64,000 nt of DNA, from NCBI GenBank assembly GCA_963746775.1, contig CAVVCK010000001.1, positions 339,050 to 403,049 on the forward strand, in the 5' to 3' direction. This DNA comes from an uncultured bacterium (GTDB taxonomy: Bacteria > Patescibacteriota > JABMPQ01 > CAVVCK01). The notes under the pieces are model-generated. The model was not told the origin of the DNA, did no database searches, and was given only the letters and a program-made list of their open reading frames with translations. Positions 55,942 through 64,000 of this stretch are shown in pieces (positions within the stretch are counted from its first letter, which is position 1; each line of letters starts with the position of its first letter). The translations under genes and the position numbers were made by a program.

Positions 55942-57741
55942 ATGACCAATCAAATAGCCATTCTAGACTTCGGCTCTCAATATACCCATCTTATTACCCG
56001 TCGAATAAGGGAACTAGGAGTTTTTTCGAAAATTTTCCTACCCAATATTAAATTATCTGATTTAAAAGACGTAAAAGGAATTATTTTGTCTGGAGGACCA
56101 CAAAGTATAGGAAACCAAAAAATTAAATTCAACGGAGATATATTTAATTTAAATATCCCTATTCTGGGACTTTGCTATGGCCACCAATTAATCGCCCATC
56201 ATTTTGGAGGAAAAGTAAAAAGTGGCCAGACAAAAGAATATGGCCTCGCTCAAATTAATATTTCAAAAGATAATGGATTATTTAAAAATCTAAAAAAAAG
56301 TGAGCAAGTCTGGATGAGCCATGGTGATTCTGTTATAAAATTACCCAAAAATTTTCAAGCAACCTCCAAAACTTCTAACTGCCCTATTGCCTCTATAGCT
56401 AACATTGAAAAAAATATTTATGGTTTGCAATTTCATCCTGAAGTAACTCATACTGTAAATGGATTAAAAATTATAGAAAATTTTGTCTTTAATATTTGTA
56501 AGTGCCAAAAAAATTGGTCTACGAATCAATATTGGATTGAGCTAGAAAAAAATATTAAAAAGCAAGTCGGAAACAAAAATGTATTTTTGTTAGTCTCTGG
56601 CGGAGTAGACTCAACAGTTTGTTTTGCTCTTTTAGAAAAAGTATTAGGTAAAAAAAGAGTTTTTGGTCTTCATATAGATAATGGATTTTTAAGACACCGA
56701 GAATCTAAATGGGTTAAAAAAAGCCTATCTAGAGCCGGCTTTAGCGATTTAACCGTAATCGATGCCTCCAGGGAATTTCTTAAAAACACTGCCAAGATAA
56801 CTGATCCAGAAAAAAAGCGAGCCATAATCGGTAAAACATTTTTATATATCAAAGATAAGATAATGAAAGGAAATAAAATGAAACAAGATGATTGGATACT
56901 CGCTCAAGGCACTATTTATCCAGATACCATAGAGAGCGGATCAACTAAGCATGCCGATAAAATTAAAACTCATCACAATAGAGTTAAGGAAATTTTAAAA
57001 TTAATGAAGGCTAGAAAATTAATAGAACCTTTATCAGAATTATATAAAGATGAAGTAAGAGATTTAGGGAAAAAATTAAAATTACCCAAAAAATTATTAG
57101 CAAGACATCCTTTCCCTGGCCCAGGACTTGGCATTAGAACGCTCTGTAGTAATGGTAGAAATACGATTAAAAATAAATCCAATCTTGATAAAAAATTAAA
57201 GAAATTTGTTGGATCTAAAATAAATATTACTGCCCTCCCCATAAAAAGCGTAGGCGTACAAGGAGATAATCGTACTTACAATCATCCTACTTTAATTTCT
57301 GGAAACTTGAATTGGAAAAAGCTATCAGAACTTTCTCCTAAAATAACTAATAAATTCAAAGAAATTAATAGGGTCGTTTATTTAATAGCACCTAGCAAAA
57401 TAAACTTTAAAAAAATAAGGATAAAAGAAGCATATTTAACTGAAAAACGCTTAAATTTGCTAAGAAAAGTAGATAAGATTATTATGGATGAAACTAAAAA
57501 ATATAAAATATATAAAGATATATGGCAATTTCCAGTAGTGCTTGCTCCTCTTTCTATTAATTCCGGCGAAACTATAATCTTGCGACCCATACAATCCAAA
57601 GAAGCCATGACTATTAATTTTTACCAAATGAATAAGAAAATTTTAAATTCTATAGCTTCTAAAATTATGAAAATTCCTGGAATTGATATGGCTTTATACG
57701 ATATCACTAATAAACCACCGGGTACTATTGAGTGGGAATAA
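55942..57741 (+). CDS. guaA: GMP synthase (glutamine-hydrolysing), 599 aa with extra inserts in the C-terminal dimerisation region
   Basis: GATase catalytic GLCYGHQL, PP-loop SGGVDS, C-terminal KPPGTIEWE. Confidence 0.9.
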   Translation: MTNQIAILDFGSQYTHLITRRIRELGVFSKIFLPNIKLSDLKDVKGIILSGGPQSIGNQKIKFNGDIFNLNIPILGLCYGHQLIAHHFGGKVKSGQTKEYGLAQINISKDNGLFKNLKKSEQVWMSHGDSVIKLPKNFQATSKTSNCPIASIANIEKNIYGLQFHPEVTHTVNGLKIIENFVFNICKCQKNWSTNQYWIELEKNIKKQVGNKNVFLLVSGGVDSTVCFALLEKVLGKKRVFGLHIDNGFLRHRESKWVKKSLSRAGFSDLTVIDASREFLKNTAKITDPEKKRAIIGKTFLYIKDKIMKGNKMKQDDWILAQGTIYPDTIESGSTKHADKIKTHHNRVKEILKLMKARKLIEPLSELYKDEVRDLGKKLKLPKKLLARHPFPGPGLGIRTLCSNGRNTIKNKSNLDKKLKKFVGSKINITALPIKSVGVQGDNRTYNHPTLISGNLNWKKLSELSPKITNKFKEINRVVYLIAPSKINFKKIRIKEAYLTEKRLNLLRKVDKIIMDETKKYKIYKDIWQFPVVLAPLSINSGETIILRPIQSKEAMTINFYQMNKKILNSIASKIMKIPGIDMALYDITNKPPGTIEWE

Positions 57742-57745
57742 TTTT

Positions 57746-58660
57746 ATGACTAAAAACAAAGAAAAAACAGGAACAATTTTAATAATTTTAAGCACAGCTA
57801 TTTGGGGTATGTTTCCAGTACTCACAAATTATGGTACAAAAAATATTTCTCCCCTAACTTTTGCTGCTCTAACTACTTTAGTATCTAGTATTGCTACTTT
57901 TCTCTACATGATTTCAGAGAAAAAGTTCTACCAGCTAAAGGAAAGAAAAACACATTTCCCTCTTTTAATGATCACCATTTGCATCGTAATAATTCCCTAT
58001 ACTCTTTTGTTTATAGGTTCAAGTATGACTTCCGGTATAAATACTTCACTTTTGCTTTTGTCTGAAGTCGTTTTTACTCTTATTTTCACCCCTTTCATAG
58101 GCGAGAGAACTACTGGCTACAAATTATTAGGCGCAGGAGGAATATTCTTTGGTGCTTTATTTATACTTTATAATGGAACACTGGCTATAAATACTGGCGA
58201 CTTGCTTATTATTCTAAGCACTTTAACCTATCCTATTGGTAATTTTTATGCTAAAAAAGCACTAAATACTCTATCACCTTCTGTAATATTATTTGTTCGT
58301 TTTCTTTTTGGTGGATTATTTATATTATTTTTATCAATTATATTTGAAAAAGACGCCAATATAATTCATATTTTTATTAATTTCTGGCCCATAATCATTA
58401 TAACTGGATTTCTTGTCTTAGGTTTAAATAAAATAATCTGGTATGAAGGTCTAAAAAGAATAGATATTTCTAAATCAATATCCCTAGGAGCTACCTCACC
58501 TATATTTAGTTTAATAGTCTTAATATTATTTTTCGGAGAAAAAATATCTATATATCAAACTATAGGCATATTCATTATGGCTATCGGAGTCTATTTTTCT
58601 ATAAAGAGAAAATCAGTAGACAAGAAAATAACTAAATATGCCCAAAGTATTGATAATTAA
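57746..58660 (+). CDS. EamA/DMT-family transporter (start re-called at MTKNKEK to avoid overlap with guaA)
   Basis: Ten predicted TM segments in two EamA repeats. Confidence 0.7.
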   Translation: MTKNKEKTGTILIILSTAIWGMFPVLTNYGTKNISPLTFAALTTLVSSIATFLYMISEKKFYQLKERKTHFPLLMITICIVIIPYTLLFIGSSMTSGINTSLLLLSEVVFTLIFTPFIGERTTGYKLLGAGGIFFGALFILYNGTLAINTGDLLIILSTLTYPIGNFYAKKALNTLSPSVILFVRFLFGGLFILFLSIIFEKDANIIHIFINFWPIIIITGFLVLGLNKIIWYEGLKRIDISKSISLGATSPIFSLIVLILFFGEKISIYQTIGIFIMAIGVYFSIKRKSVDKKITKYAQSIDN

Positions 58661-58785
58661 ACTTATTAATAATATAATTAAGTCTCTCCTAAAGAATAGT
58701 TATTTAAAAATTTAATATTTTCTTGGCAAATGAAAGTTTTGGACAATAGAGGTGAAAAACTTCCGTATGCTAAGAAACATTTTAA

Positions 58786-58828
58786 ACTTAAAAAGACCGC
58801 ATTAATATGGAACTATGCGGTCTTTTTT
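58786..58828 (+). terminator. Rho-independent terminator (AAGACCGCA...TGCGGTCTT TTTTGG) ~130 bp after the EamA gene
   Basis: 9-bp GC-containing stem plus a T-run. It lies inside ORF 58730-59038, which argues that ORF is spurious. Confidence 0.6.
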
Positions 58829-59099
58829 GGTTTGAGGAAACGGAGGAAGAAAGATGGCTCTTTGGTCAAAGTTATGGTCGTACCTGTATTCTCTAGAAAT
58901 AAGAGCTCAAATAAAATACTGGAAAAGACTTGGCGAAGAGCTCAAAAAATAGGTTATGATGATGTTAATATTCATAACCTAAATAGGCTTCATAGAGGAA
59001 TAATCAGGCACATCCAAATAAAAATCGCTTCTGGGTAGCAATCTTATCCGGAATCAGCTGGATAATCATCTTCCTTTCCACCCACGTTTATTAGTTCCA

Positions 59100-59135
59100 A
59101 CTAAAAAGGAACACAAATTTCTCGCCCGTGTTCCC
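59100..59135 (-). terminator. Rho-independent terminator for msrB (GGAACAC...GTGTTCC + TTTTTAG on the minus strand)
   Basis: 7-bp stem followed by a T-run on the minus strand just after the msrB stop. Confidence 0.65.
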
Positions 59136-59159
59136 TAAAATTTTGTCTAAAATTATTTT

Positions 59160-59579
59160 TTAATCAAATAACTTTTTATATTCCCCATACCCTTCTTTTT
59201 CTAAATCCTCTTTGGAAATAAATCTCAATGAAGCAGAATTAATACAGTATCTCGGCTGTCCTTTCGGCCCATCATCAAAGACATGGCCCAAATGTGATCC
59301 TGATTTTTTTGTTTTAACTTCTACTCTTTTCATGCCCAAACTGCTATCTTCTTTTTCCACTACGCTTTCTTTATTGATAGGTTTAGTAAAAGAAGGCCAG
59401 CCTGTACCGGAATCAAATTTGTGGTGAGAACTAAAGAGTGGCTCGCCGGAGACAACATCAACATATATTCCCTTTTTTTTATTATCCCAATATTCATTAT
59501 TAAAAGCAGGTTCAGTCCCACATTGCTGGGTTACTTTATATTGTATCGGTGTTAATTTTTTCTTTAAATCTTTTTTCAT
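59160..59579 (-). CDS. msrB: Peptide-methionine (R)-S-oxide reductase
   Basis: SelR motifs GTGWPSF and [10 protein letters not shown]. Confidence 0.9.
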   Translation of the reverse strand: MKKDLKKKLTPIQYKVTQQCGTEPAFNNEYWDNKKKGIYVDVVSGEPLFSSHHKFDSGTGWPSFTKPINKESVVEKEDSSLGMKRVEVKTKKSGSHLGHVFDDGPKGQPRYCINSASLRFISKEDLEKEGYGEYKKLFD

Positions 59580-59625
59580 ATGGTTAAAAATTATTTATTT
59601 ATATTTTTATTATAGCATAATTCAA

Positions 59626-59718
59626 GTAGGTTGGGTTGAGTACTCGAAACCCAACAAAAAAGGCAGGATACGATCCTGCCCTACAATATTGTTGTACATA
59701 CAGGTTTCAAACCTGTAT
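59626..59718 (-). repeat. Cluster of three different REP-like palindromes between the RND gene and msrB: family 2 (59626-59655), family 3 (59662-59684) and family 1 (59694-59718)
   Basis: GTAGGTTGGGTTGAGTACTCGAAACCCAAC, GGCAGGATACGATCCTGCCCTAC and GTACATACAGGTTTCAAACCTGTAT lie consecutively, 6 bp after the RND stop. Confidence 0.8.
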
Positions 59719-59724
59719 TTCTAA

Positions 59725-62700
59725 TTAGCCAACAACCTTCCTCCCAAACCTCCCCCTAAACCACCCAAATATTCTCTCCACCATATTAATTACAATCGGC
59801 AAAACTATCAAATTACCAATAGTGGCAAAAGTTAAACCGAAAATTACAGTTGTCCCCAATCCTCTCCAGAAAGGATCTTGAATTGTTAGGGGTACAATGG
59901 CGGCAATAGTAGTAATAGAAGTAGAAAAAATAGGTTTAAATCTCATCTTGCCAGTCTCAACTAGCGCTTCAGATAATTTTTGATTTTTATCTCTCTTTCT
60001 TAATCTATTGAAATAATCAATAAAGACAATGGCATCATTAACCACAATACCTACTAGAGTTATTACACCTAAACCGGAGATCATATCCAGTGAACTTCCT
60101 ACCGCATAAAGTGCTGGAAAAACACCAATCAAAGCCACTGGTACTGCCAACATAATCATTAAAGGCTGTAAGTAAGAATTAAATTGATAAGCTAAGATCA
60201 AAAAAACAGCTATAATAGCAATAATAAAGGTAACTAAAAGCTTGTTAAAGTCAGTAGCAATATCAGAAGCAAAGCCGCCGTAAGCAATACTATCTTCATC
60301 TAGACCAAAATCATTCAGTCTGTCTTTATTTAGATAATCTTGGATATCTTTTTGTACTTTAGTAATTTCAGCTGCCTTATCCTCATCAGCTACATCTAAA
60401 TATATTTGGTAAGAAACCGACCTTGCCCCATCAATAAAGTTAATCGATTGAGCCTTGTCCTCCGACTTTACTTCCGCTATATCAGACAATTTAATAGGCT
60501 TTATACCTTGCACTCCTACAATTAAATTTTTTATATCATCGATAGATTTTTTAGAATTTTCATTGAATAATAATTTTACTCCATCTTGCCTACCGCCTTC
60601 TCCAATAGTTACTTTGCCTAAATCAGATTCAGAAAAGACGCTATTTACAATCATAGAAGTAGTCAGCGGTGCAATACCATATTCTTCTATTTTATTTTTA
60701 TCAAAATTAATCTCTATAGAAGGAACTAAATTATCTTTTAGCTCATTGCTAATCTTATTAATTTTAAAATCTCCATTATCTTCTTTTCCTACAACAAAAC
60801 TGTCTAACCCCTCTATAGTTTTTTTAATAGCTTCTCCATCGGTATTTTTTACTTCTACAATAACATCATAAGAGGAAGAGGTTGGGCCATAGCCTTGAGC
60901 ACCAACACTAATAGTAGTATCTTGAGGTGCCCTATCTCTAATATAATTAATTTTTTCGTTCAAATTATCTACAATAGTATAGACTGTAGTATCTTTATCA
61001 TTTCTTCTTTTTGATGGATCAGTTATTAAAATAAATAGCTGCCCTTGCATCATAAATGAACCTTCGAAATACGGTACTTTTATGGCTTCTTTCATTAAAT
61101 CAGAAGTTATTTCTTTCTTTACTTCATTGCTTGTCCCTACTGGAAAATCCATGCTTATACTAAATTGCTGGGTATCAGTCATAGGAAATTGAGAAGATTT
61201 CACCTTGCCTGTTCCTACTAAAGACATACTATAAATAAATCCAGCCAATAGAATCAAAACTATAGCTAATTTATAAGTCCATTTTCTATAAACCCTAGAC
61301 ATAAATCGGCCATAAACTTCCACTAGTTTATCAATCATTTTCTGGCCATAAAAAACTATAGCTGGCAAAACTAAATATTTTTGTGATTTGGTTAATCTTC
61401 TTTCTTTTCTTTCTTCTTCTGTCTCTTTCTTTAAAATCCATTTACCTAGAAGTGGAGTAATACTAATGGCTAAAAAATAAGATACCACTAACATAATAAT
61501 CATAGTATAGGGAATATATTTCATAAATTCCCCTATAATTCCACCCATTCTGGCAGCCGGAATGAAAACTACCACTGTTGTCGCTGTAGCTGAAGTTACC
61601 GCCGGACCTAAATCGCGAATAGTACTCAGTGCTGCTTTTAATTTGCTGTCTCCGTACTTACTCATGCGATGCTGCATACCTTCAGCAATAACAATAGCAT
61701 TATCAACTATAATACCTAGGGTCAAAATCATAGCAAAGGTTGTCAGAATATTAATAGTAAAGCCCAGCTCGTAGAGAATAAATAAAGTTATTAAGAAAGA
61801 AAAAGGGACAATCAGTGATACTACTAAGCCTGCCCTAATATCAATAAAAAACATAAAGACAACCAATATAATAATTAAACCAAAAATCCCATTGCGAAGC
61901 AGCGTTGATATTTGAGTCTCTACATAGGTTGAAGAATCATAAGTTAAATCGATATTAATATTTTCATCTAGAATATTTTTATCATAAATTTTATCTATGG
62001 CCGCCGTAATATCTTTTTTCATCTTAATAACATCTCCCTTGTCTTGTTTAATCAACATTAGATATACTGCCTGATCACTATATTGAGGCTGCCCATCTCT
62101 TAAAAATCCAGCTGCCAATTGAGTATCACCTGACTTCGCTTCTTCCGTTATCTCGGCTATTTCCGATAATTTAGAACCATCAGCCAAAGTTATATTTTTA
62201 ATATCGTCTATTTGGCTTACAGGATTATTAATAGTAATTTGCTTAGAAATATTAGTCTCCTCATCTGTAATGCTTCCTCCAGGCAAGACCTGTAAATTAG
62301 CTTGGATAATTTGCTTTACAGTATTTACATCCAATCTTTTCTCCTGAAGCGCTTTGGCATCAAGCTTGATTTTTACATCAAAATCAGTTTCTGGCATTAC
62401 CTGCACTTCTTTGATTTCTTTACTTTCTTTTTCTAAATATTCTTTTACCTTGGGTGCTTTTTTAATTATTTCATTGTAGGAAATTTTATCACTAGATAAA
62501 ACGTAAACCAAAGAAGGACCAGCTGCATCCTCTGTACCCACATTAATATCCACACCATCCGGCAAGCTAGCTTTATTAGCTAGCTCATTAAATTCAGTAA
62601 TAGTTTTATTAATAGTTTCTTTATCAAAACTCTTAGTCTCGATTACTACGCTTCCATAATTAGCATAAGCTGATGATCTCATCTTTGCTACTTCCTTATG

Positions 62701-62961
62701 ACCCTTGATTTGGTTCTCTATAGGTTTGATAACATCAGAACCTATTACTTCTGGACTAGCACCAGGATAAGTGGCTGATACAAAAATATAATTAATAGGA
62801 ATAGAAGGAAAATCCTGCCTTTGGTTATTACTTGCTCCGAAAAGCCCCAAAATAACTAAAGCAATTAGTAAAATAATGGTTAATTTATATTTTGTAATAA
62901 AAAATTTAGCCCATTTGCTAAAAAAGTTTAGTTTTTCTTCTTTTATATTATTATTTCTCAT
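59725..62961 (-). CDS. RND-superfamily efflux/exporter permease (AcrB/MMPL-like, 12 TM)
   Basis: Two large periplasmic loops each followed by TM bundles, ~1080 aa. Confidence 0.7.
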   Translation of the reverse strand: MRNNNIKEEKLNFFSKWAKFFITKYKLTIILLIALVILGLFGASNNQRQDFPSIPINYIFVSATYPGASPEVIGSDVIKPIENQIKGHKEVAKMRSSAYANYGSVVIETKSFDKETINKTITEFNELANKASLPDGVDINVGTEDAAGPSLVYVLSSDKISYNEIIKKAPKVKEYLEKESKEIKEVQVMPETDFDVKIKLDAKALQEKRLDVNTVKQIIQANLQVLPGGSITDEETNISKQITINNPVSQIDDIKNITLADGSKLSEIAEITEEAKSGDTQLAAGFLRDGQPQYSDQAVYLMLIKQDKGDVIKMKKDITAAIDKIYDKNILDENINIDLTYDSSTYVETQISTLLRNGIFGLIIILVVFMFFIDIRAGLVVSLIVPFSFLITLFILYELGFTINILTTFAMILTLGIIVDNAIVIAEGMQHRMSKYGDSKLKAALSTIRDLGPAVTSATATTVVVFIPAARMGGIIGEFMKYIPYTMIIMLVVSYFLAISITPLLGKWILKKETEEERKERRLTKSQKYLVLPAIVFYGQKMIDKLVEVYGRFMSRVYRKWTYKLAIVLILLAGFIYSMSLVGTGKVKSSQFPMTDTQQFSISMDFPVGTSNEVKKEITSDLMKEAIKVPYFEGSFMMQGQLFILITDPSKRRNDKDTTVYTIVDNLNEKINYIRDRAPQDTTISVGAQGYGPTSSSYDVIVEVKNTDGEAIKKTIEGLDSFVVGKEDNGDFKINKISNELKDNLVPSIEINFDKNKIEEYGIAPLTTSMIVNSVFSESDLGKVTIGEGGRQDGVKLLFNENSKKSIDDIKNLIVGVQGIKPIKLSDIAEVKSEDKAQSINFIDGARSVSYQIYLDVADEDKAAEITKVQKDIQDYLNKDRLNDFGLDEDSIAYGGFASDIATDFNKLLVTFIIAIIAVFLILAYQFNSYLQPLMIMLAVPVALIGVFPALYAVGSSLDMISGLGVITLVGIVVNDAIVFIDYFNRLRKRDKNQKLSEALVETGKMRFKPIFSTSITTIAAIVPLTIQDPFWRGLGTTVIFGLTFATIGNLIVLPIVINMVERIFGWFRGRFGRKVVG

Positions 62962-63034
62962 CTATTTTTATATTTAAAATTAATAAAAAAAATCCCTTCC
63001 AATAATTTAAGGAATAAATAAATTGAATTACTAT

Positions 63035-63262
63035 TTACTCGTCTTGCTCTATCCCAAGCATTCTTCTAACTTCTTCTTCGATTGCACCTAGTCTTTCGCT
63101 AAAATCATCAAATTTAAAATCACTACCCAATTTTTTCTGAGCAGCTAATAATTCTTGTTGCAATCTATAAACCACGCTGGTTGCAATCTCTTTTTTTCTA
63201 TCCTCTATGCTTTTTTCTGATTGACCGCTCTCTTTTTCAAATTGATTTAACATTTCCGACAT
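63035..63262 (-). CDS. Hypothetical small coiled-coil protein
   Basis: ORF only. Confidence 0.35.
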   Translation of the reverse strand: MSEMLNQFEKESGQSEKSIEDRKKEIATSVVYRLQQELLAAQKKLGSDFKFDDFSERLGAIEEEVRRMLGIEQDE

Positions 63263-63342
63263 AAAATTGTATTTATTACTATCTCTATTTAATTATTTTT
63301 TAATGTTTGTGTCAATTTTAAAATCTTCGAAACCACATTCTT

Positions 63343-63420
63343 ATACATGCAGGTTTTAAATCTGTATTCCAATATATAACCTATATTCCAATATATACAG
63401 GTTTCAAACCTGTATCTACC
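63343..63420 (-). repeat. REP-like family 1, two units with a degenerate middle unit, fused to the rlmN stop codon
   Basis: ATACATGCAGGTTTTAAATCTGTATTCC ... ATATACAGGTTTCAAACCTGTATCTACC. The overlapping ORF 63289-63498 is rejected. Confidence 0.75.
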
Positions 63421-64000
63421 GTTCTCCTGCCAATTGCCCGCAAGCTCCTTTAATATTTTGCCCAAATTTATATCTCTCCACAACTGTAATATTTTCATTT
63501 TCTAATATTCTTTTAAATTTTCCTATCTGATCAGGATAAGATGATTTGAATTTACCAGTTTCATTATAATTAATTAAATTTACAAAAAATAAATGTTTTA
63601 AATTATCTTTCAAAAGATTAGCTAGCTCCCTGGCCATATCTTGCGAATCATTTATATCCCGAAGCATTACATATTCTATCATTACTTTTCTATTGGTTTC
63701 TTTTATATATTCTTTGACCGCCTTTAATACTTTTTCTATAGGATAATTGGTATTAACAGGCATTAATTGGCTGCGTAATCTACCATTTGGTGCATGCAAT
63801 GATAGAGCTAAATTAATCTGCTTGCCCTCGCTAATCAATCTCCTAATCCCCTCAGGAATACCACAAGTAGAAATAGATATTCTACGTGACCCTATATTAA
63901 ACTTTTCTTTATCATTTAAAATATGAATAGCTTTTATTACTTCTTCATAATTAAGTAATGGCTCACCCATTCCCATAAAGACAACGTTATCTATTTTCTC
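63416..64000 (-). CDS. rlmN: Radical-SAM 23S rRNA/tRNA methyltransferase RlmN/Cfr family, C-terminal part (N-terminus beyond window end)
   Basis: GMGEPLLN motif, and the ORF runs off the window. Confidence 0.75.
   Translation of the reverse strand, partial: EKIDNVVFMGMGEPLLNYEEVIKAIHILNDKEKFNIGSRRISISTCGIPEGIRRLISEGKQINLALSLHAPNGRLRSQLMPVNTNYPIEKVLKAVKEYIKETNRKVMIEYVMLRDINDSQDMARELANLLKDNLKHLFFVNLINYNETGKFKSSYPDQIGKFKRILENENITVVERYKFGQNIKGACGQLAGER

Noticed and set aside
57683-57745. ORF-track start of the EamA transporter inside guaA (MIWLYTISLINHRVLLSGNNF)
   Set aside because: It overlaps the guaA C-terminus by 59 nt. The ATG at 57746 (MTKNKEK) sits just after the guaA stop and precedes the first TM.
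63289-63498. 69-aa ORF overlapping the family-1 repeat array and the 3' end of rlmN
   Set aside because: It is composed largely of the palindromic repeat units translated in frame, and it overlaps the rlmN stop region. It is most likely non-coding.

Overview
This is a 64-kb, AT-rich (~30% GC), gene-dense segment. Most genes are on the minus strand, separated by short intergenic spacers with little or no operon overlap. The gene content is consistent with a small-genome CPR/Patescibacteria-like bacterium, but that assignment is inference only.

Recognisable genes:
- Housekeeping: htpX and lemA, gap, gpmI, a PfkB kinase, tig, clpP, rny with ymdB, HU, guaB with guaA, msrB, a partial rlmN, and two tRNAs.
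- Oxidative stress: a tight block with ogt, desulfoferrodoxin, glutaredoxin, peroxiredoxin, a Fur/PerR-like regulator, trxB and rubrerythrin.
- Isoprenoid synthesis: an archaeal-style mevalonate block with HMG-CoA reductase, HMG-CoA synthase, an archaeal-type thiolase, a DUF35 OB-fold protein, and a GHMP (mevalonate-like) kinase.

Non-standard content:
1. At least six families of short GC-containing palindromes, almost all headed by GTAG(G)/(C)CTAC, which is the hallmark of REP elements. One family forms 1-3-unit tandem arrays fused to the stop codons of minus-strand genes.
2. An IS1-family element with 23-bp terminal inverted repeats and a 10-bp target duplication. Its transposase is disrupted, and it sits in the 3' end of a small GC-rich gene.
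3. A ~450-nt GC-rich (~52%) non-coding island preceded by a near-consensus sigma70 promoter. It appears to be a structured RNA of unknown class and ends in a complete hammerhead-ribozyme core (candidate 3'-processing ribozyme).
4. Conserved ATTCGTAT direct-repeat promoter-region elements, and a nested inverted-repeat operator-like site upstream of HMG-CoA reductase.
5. Several co-directional operons of uncharacterised proteins, including giant secreted LTD/PKD/OB and FG-GAP proteins.

No CRISPR array and no rRNA were found.
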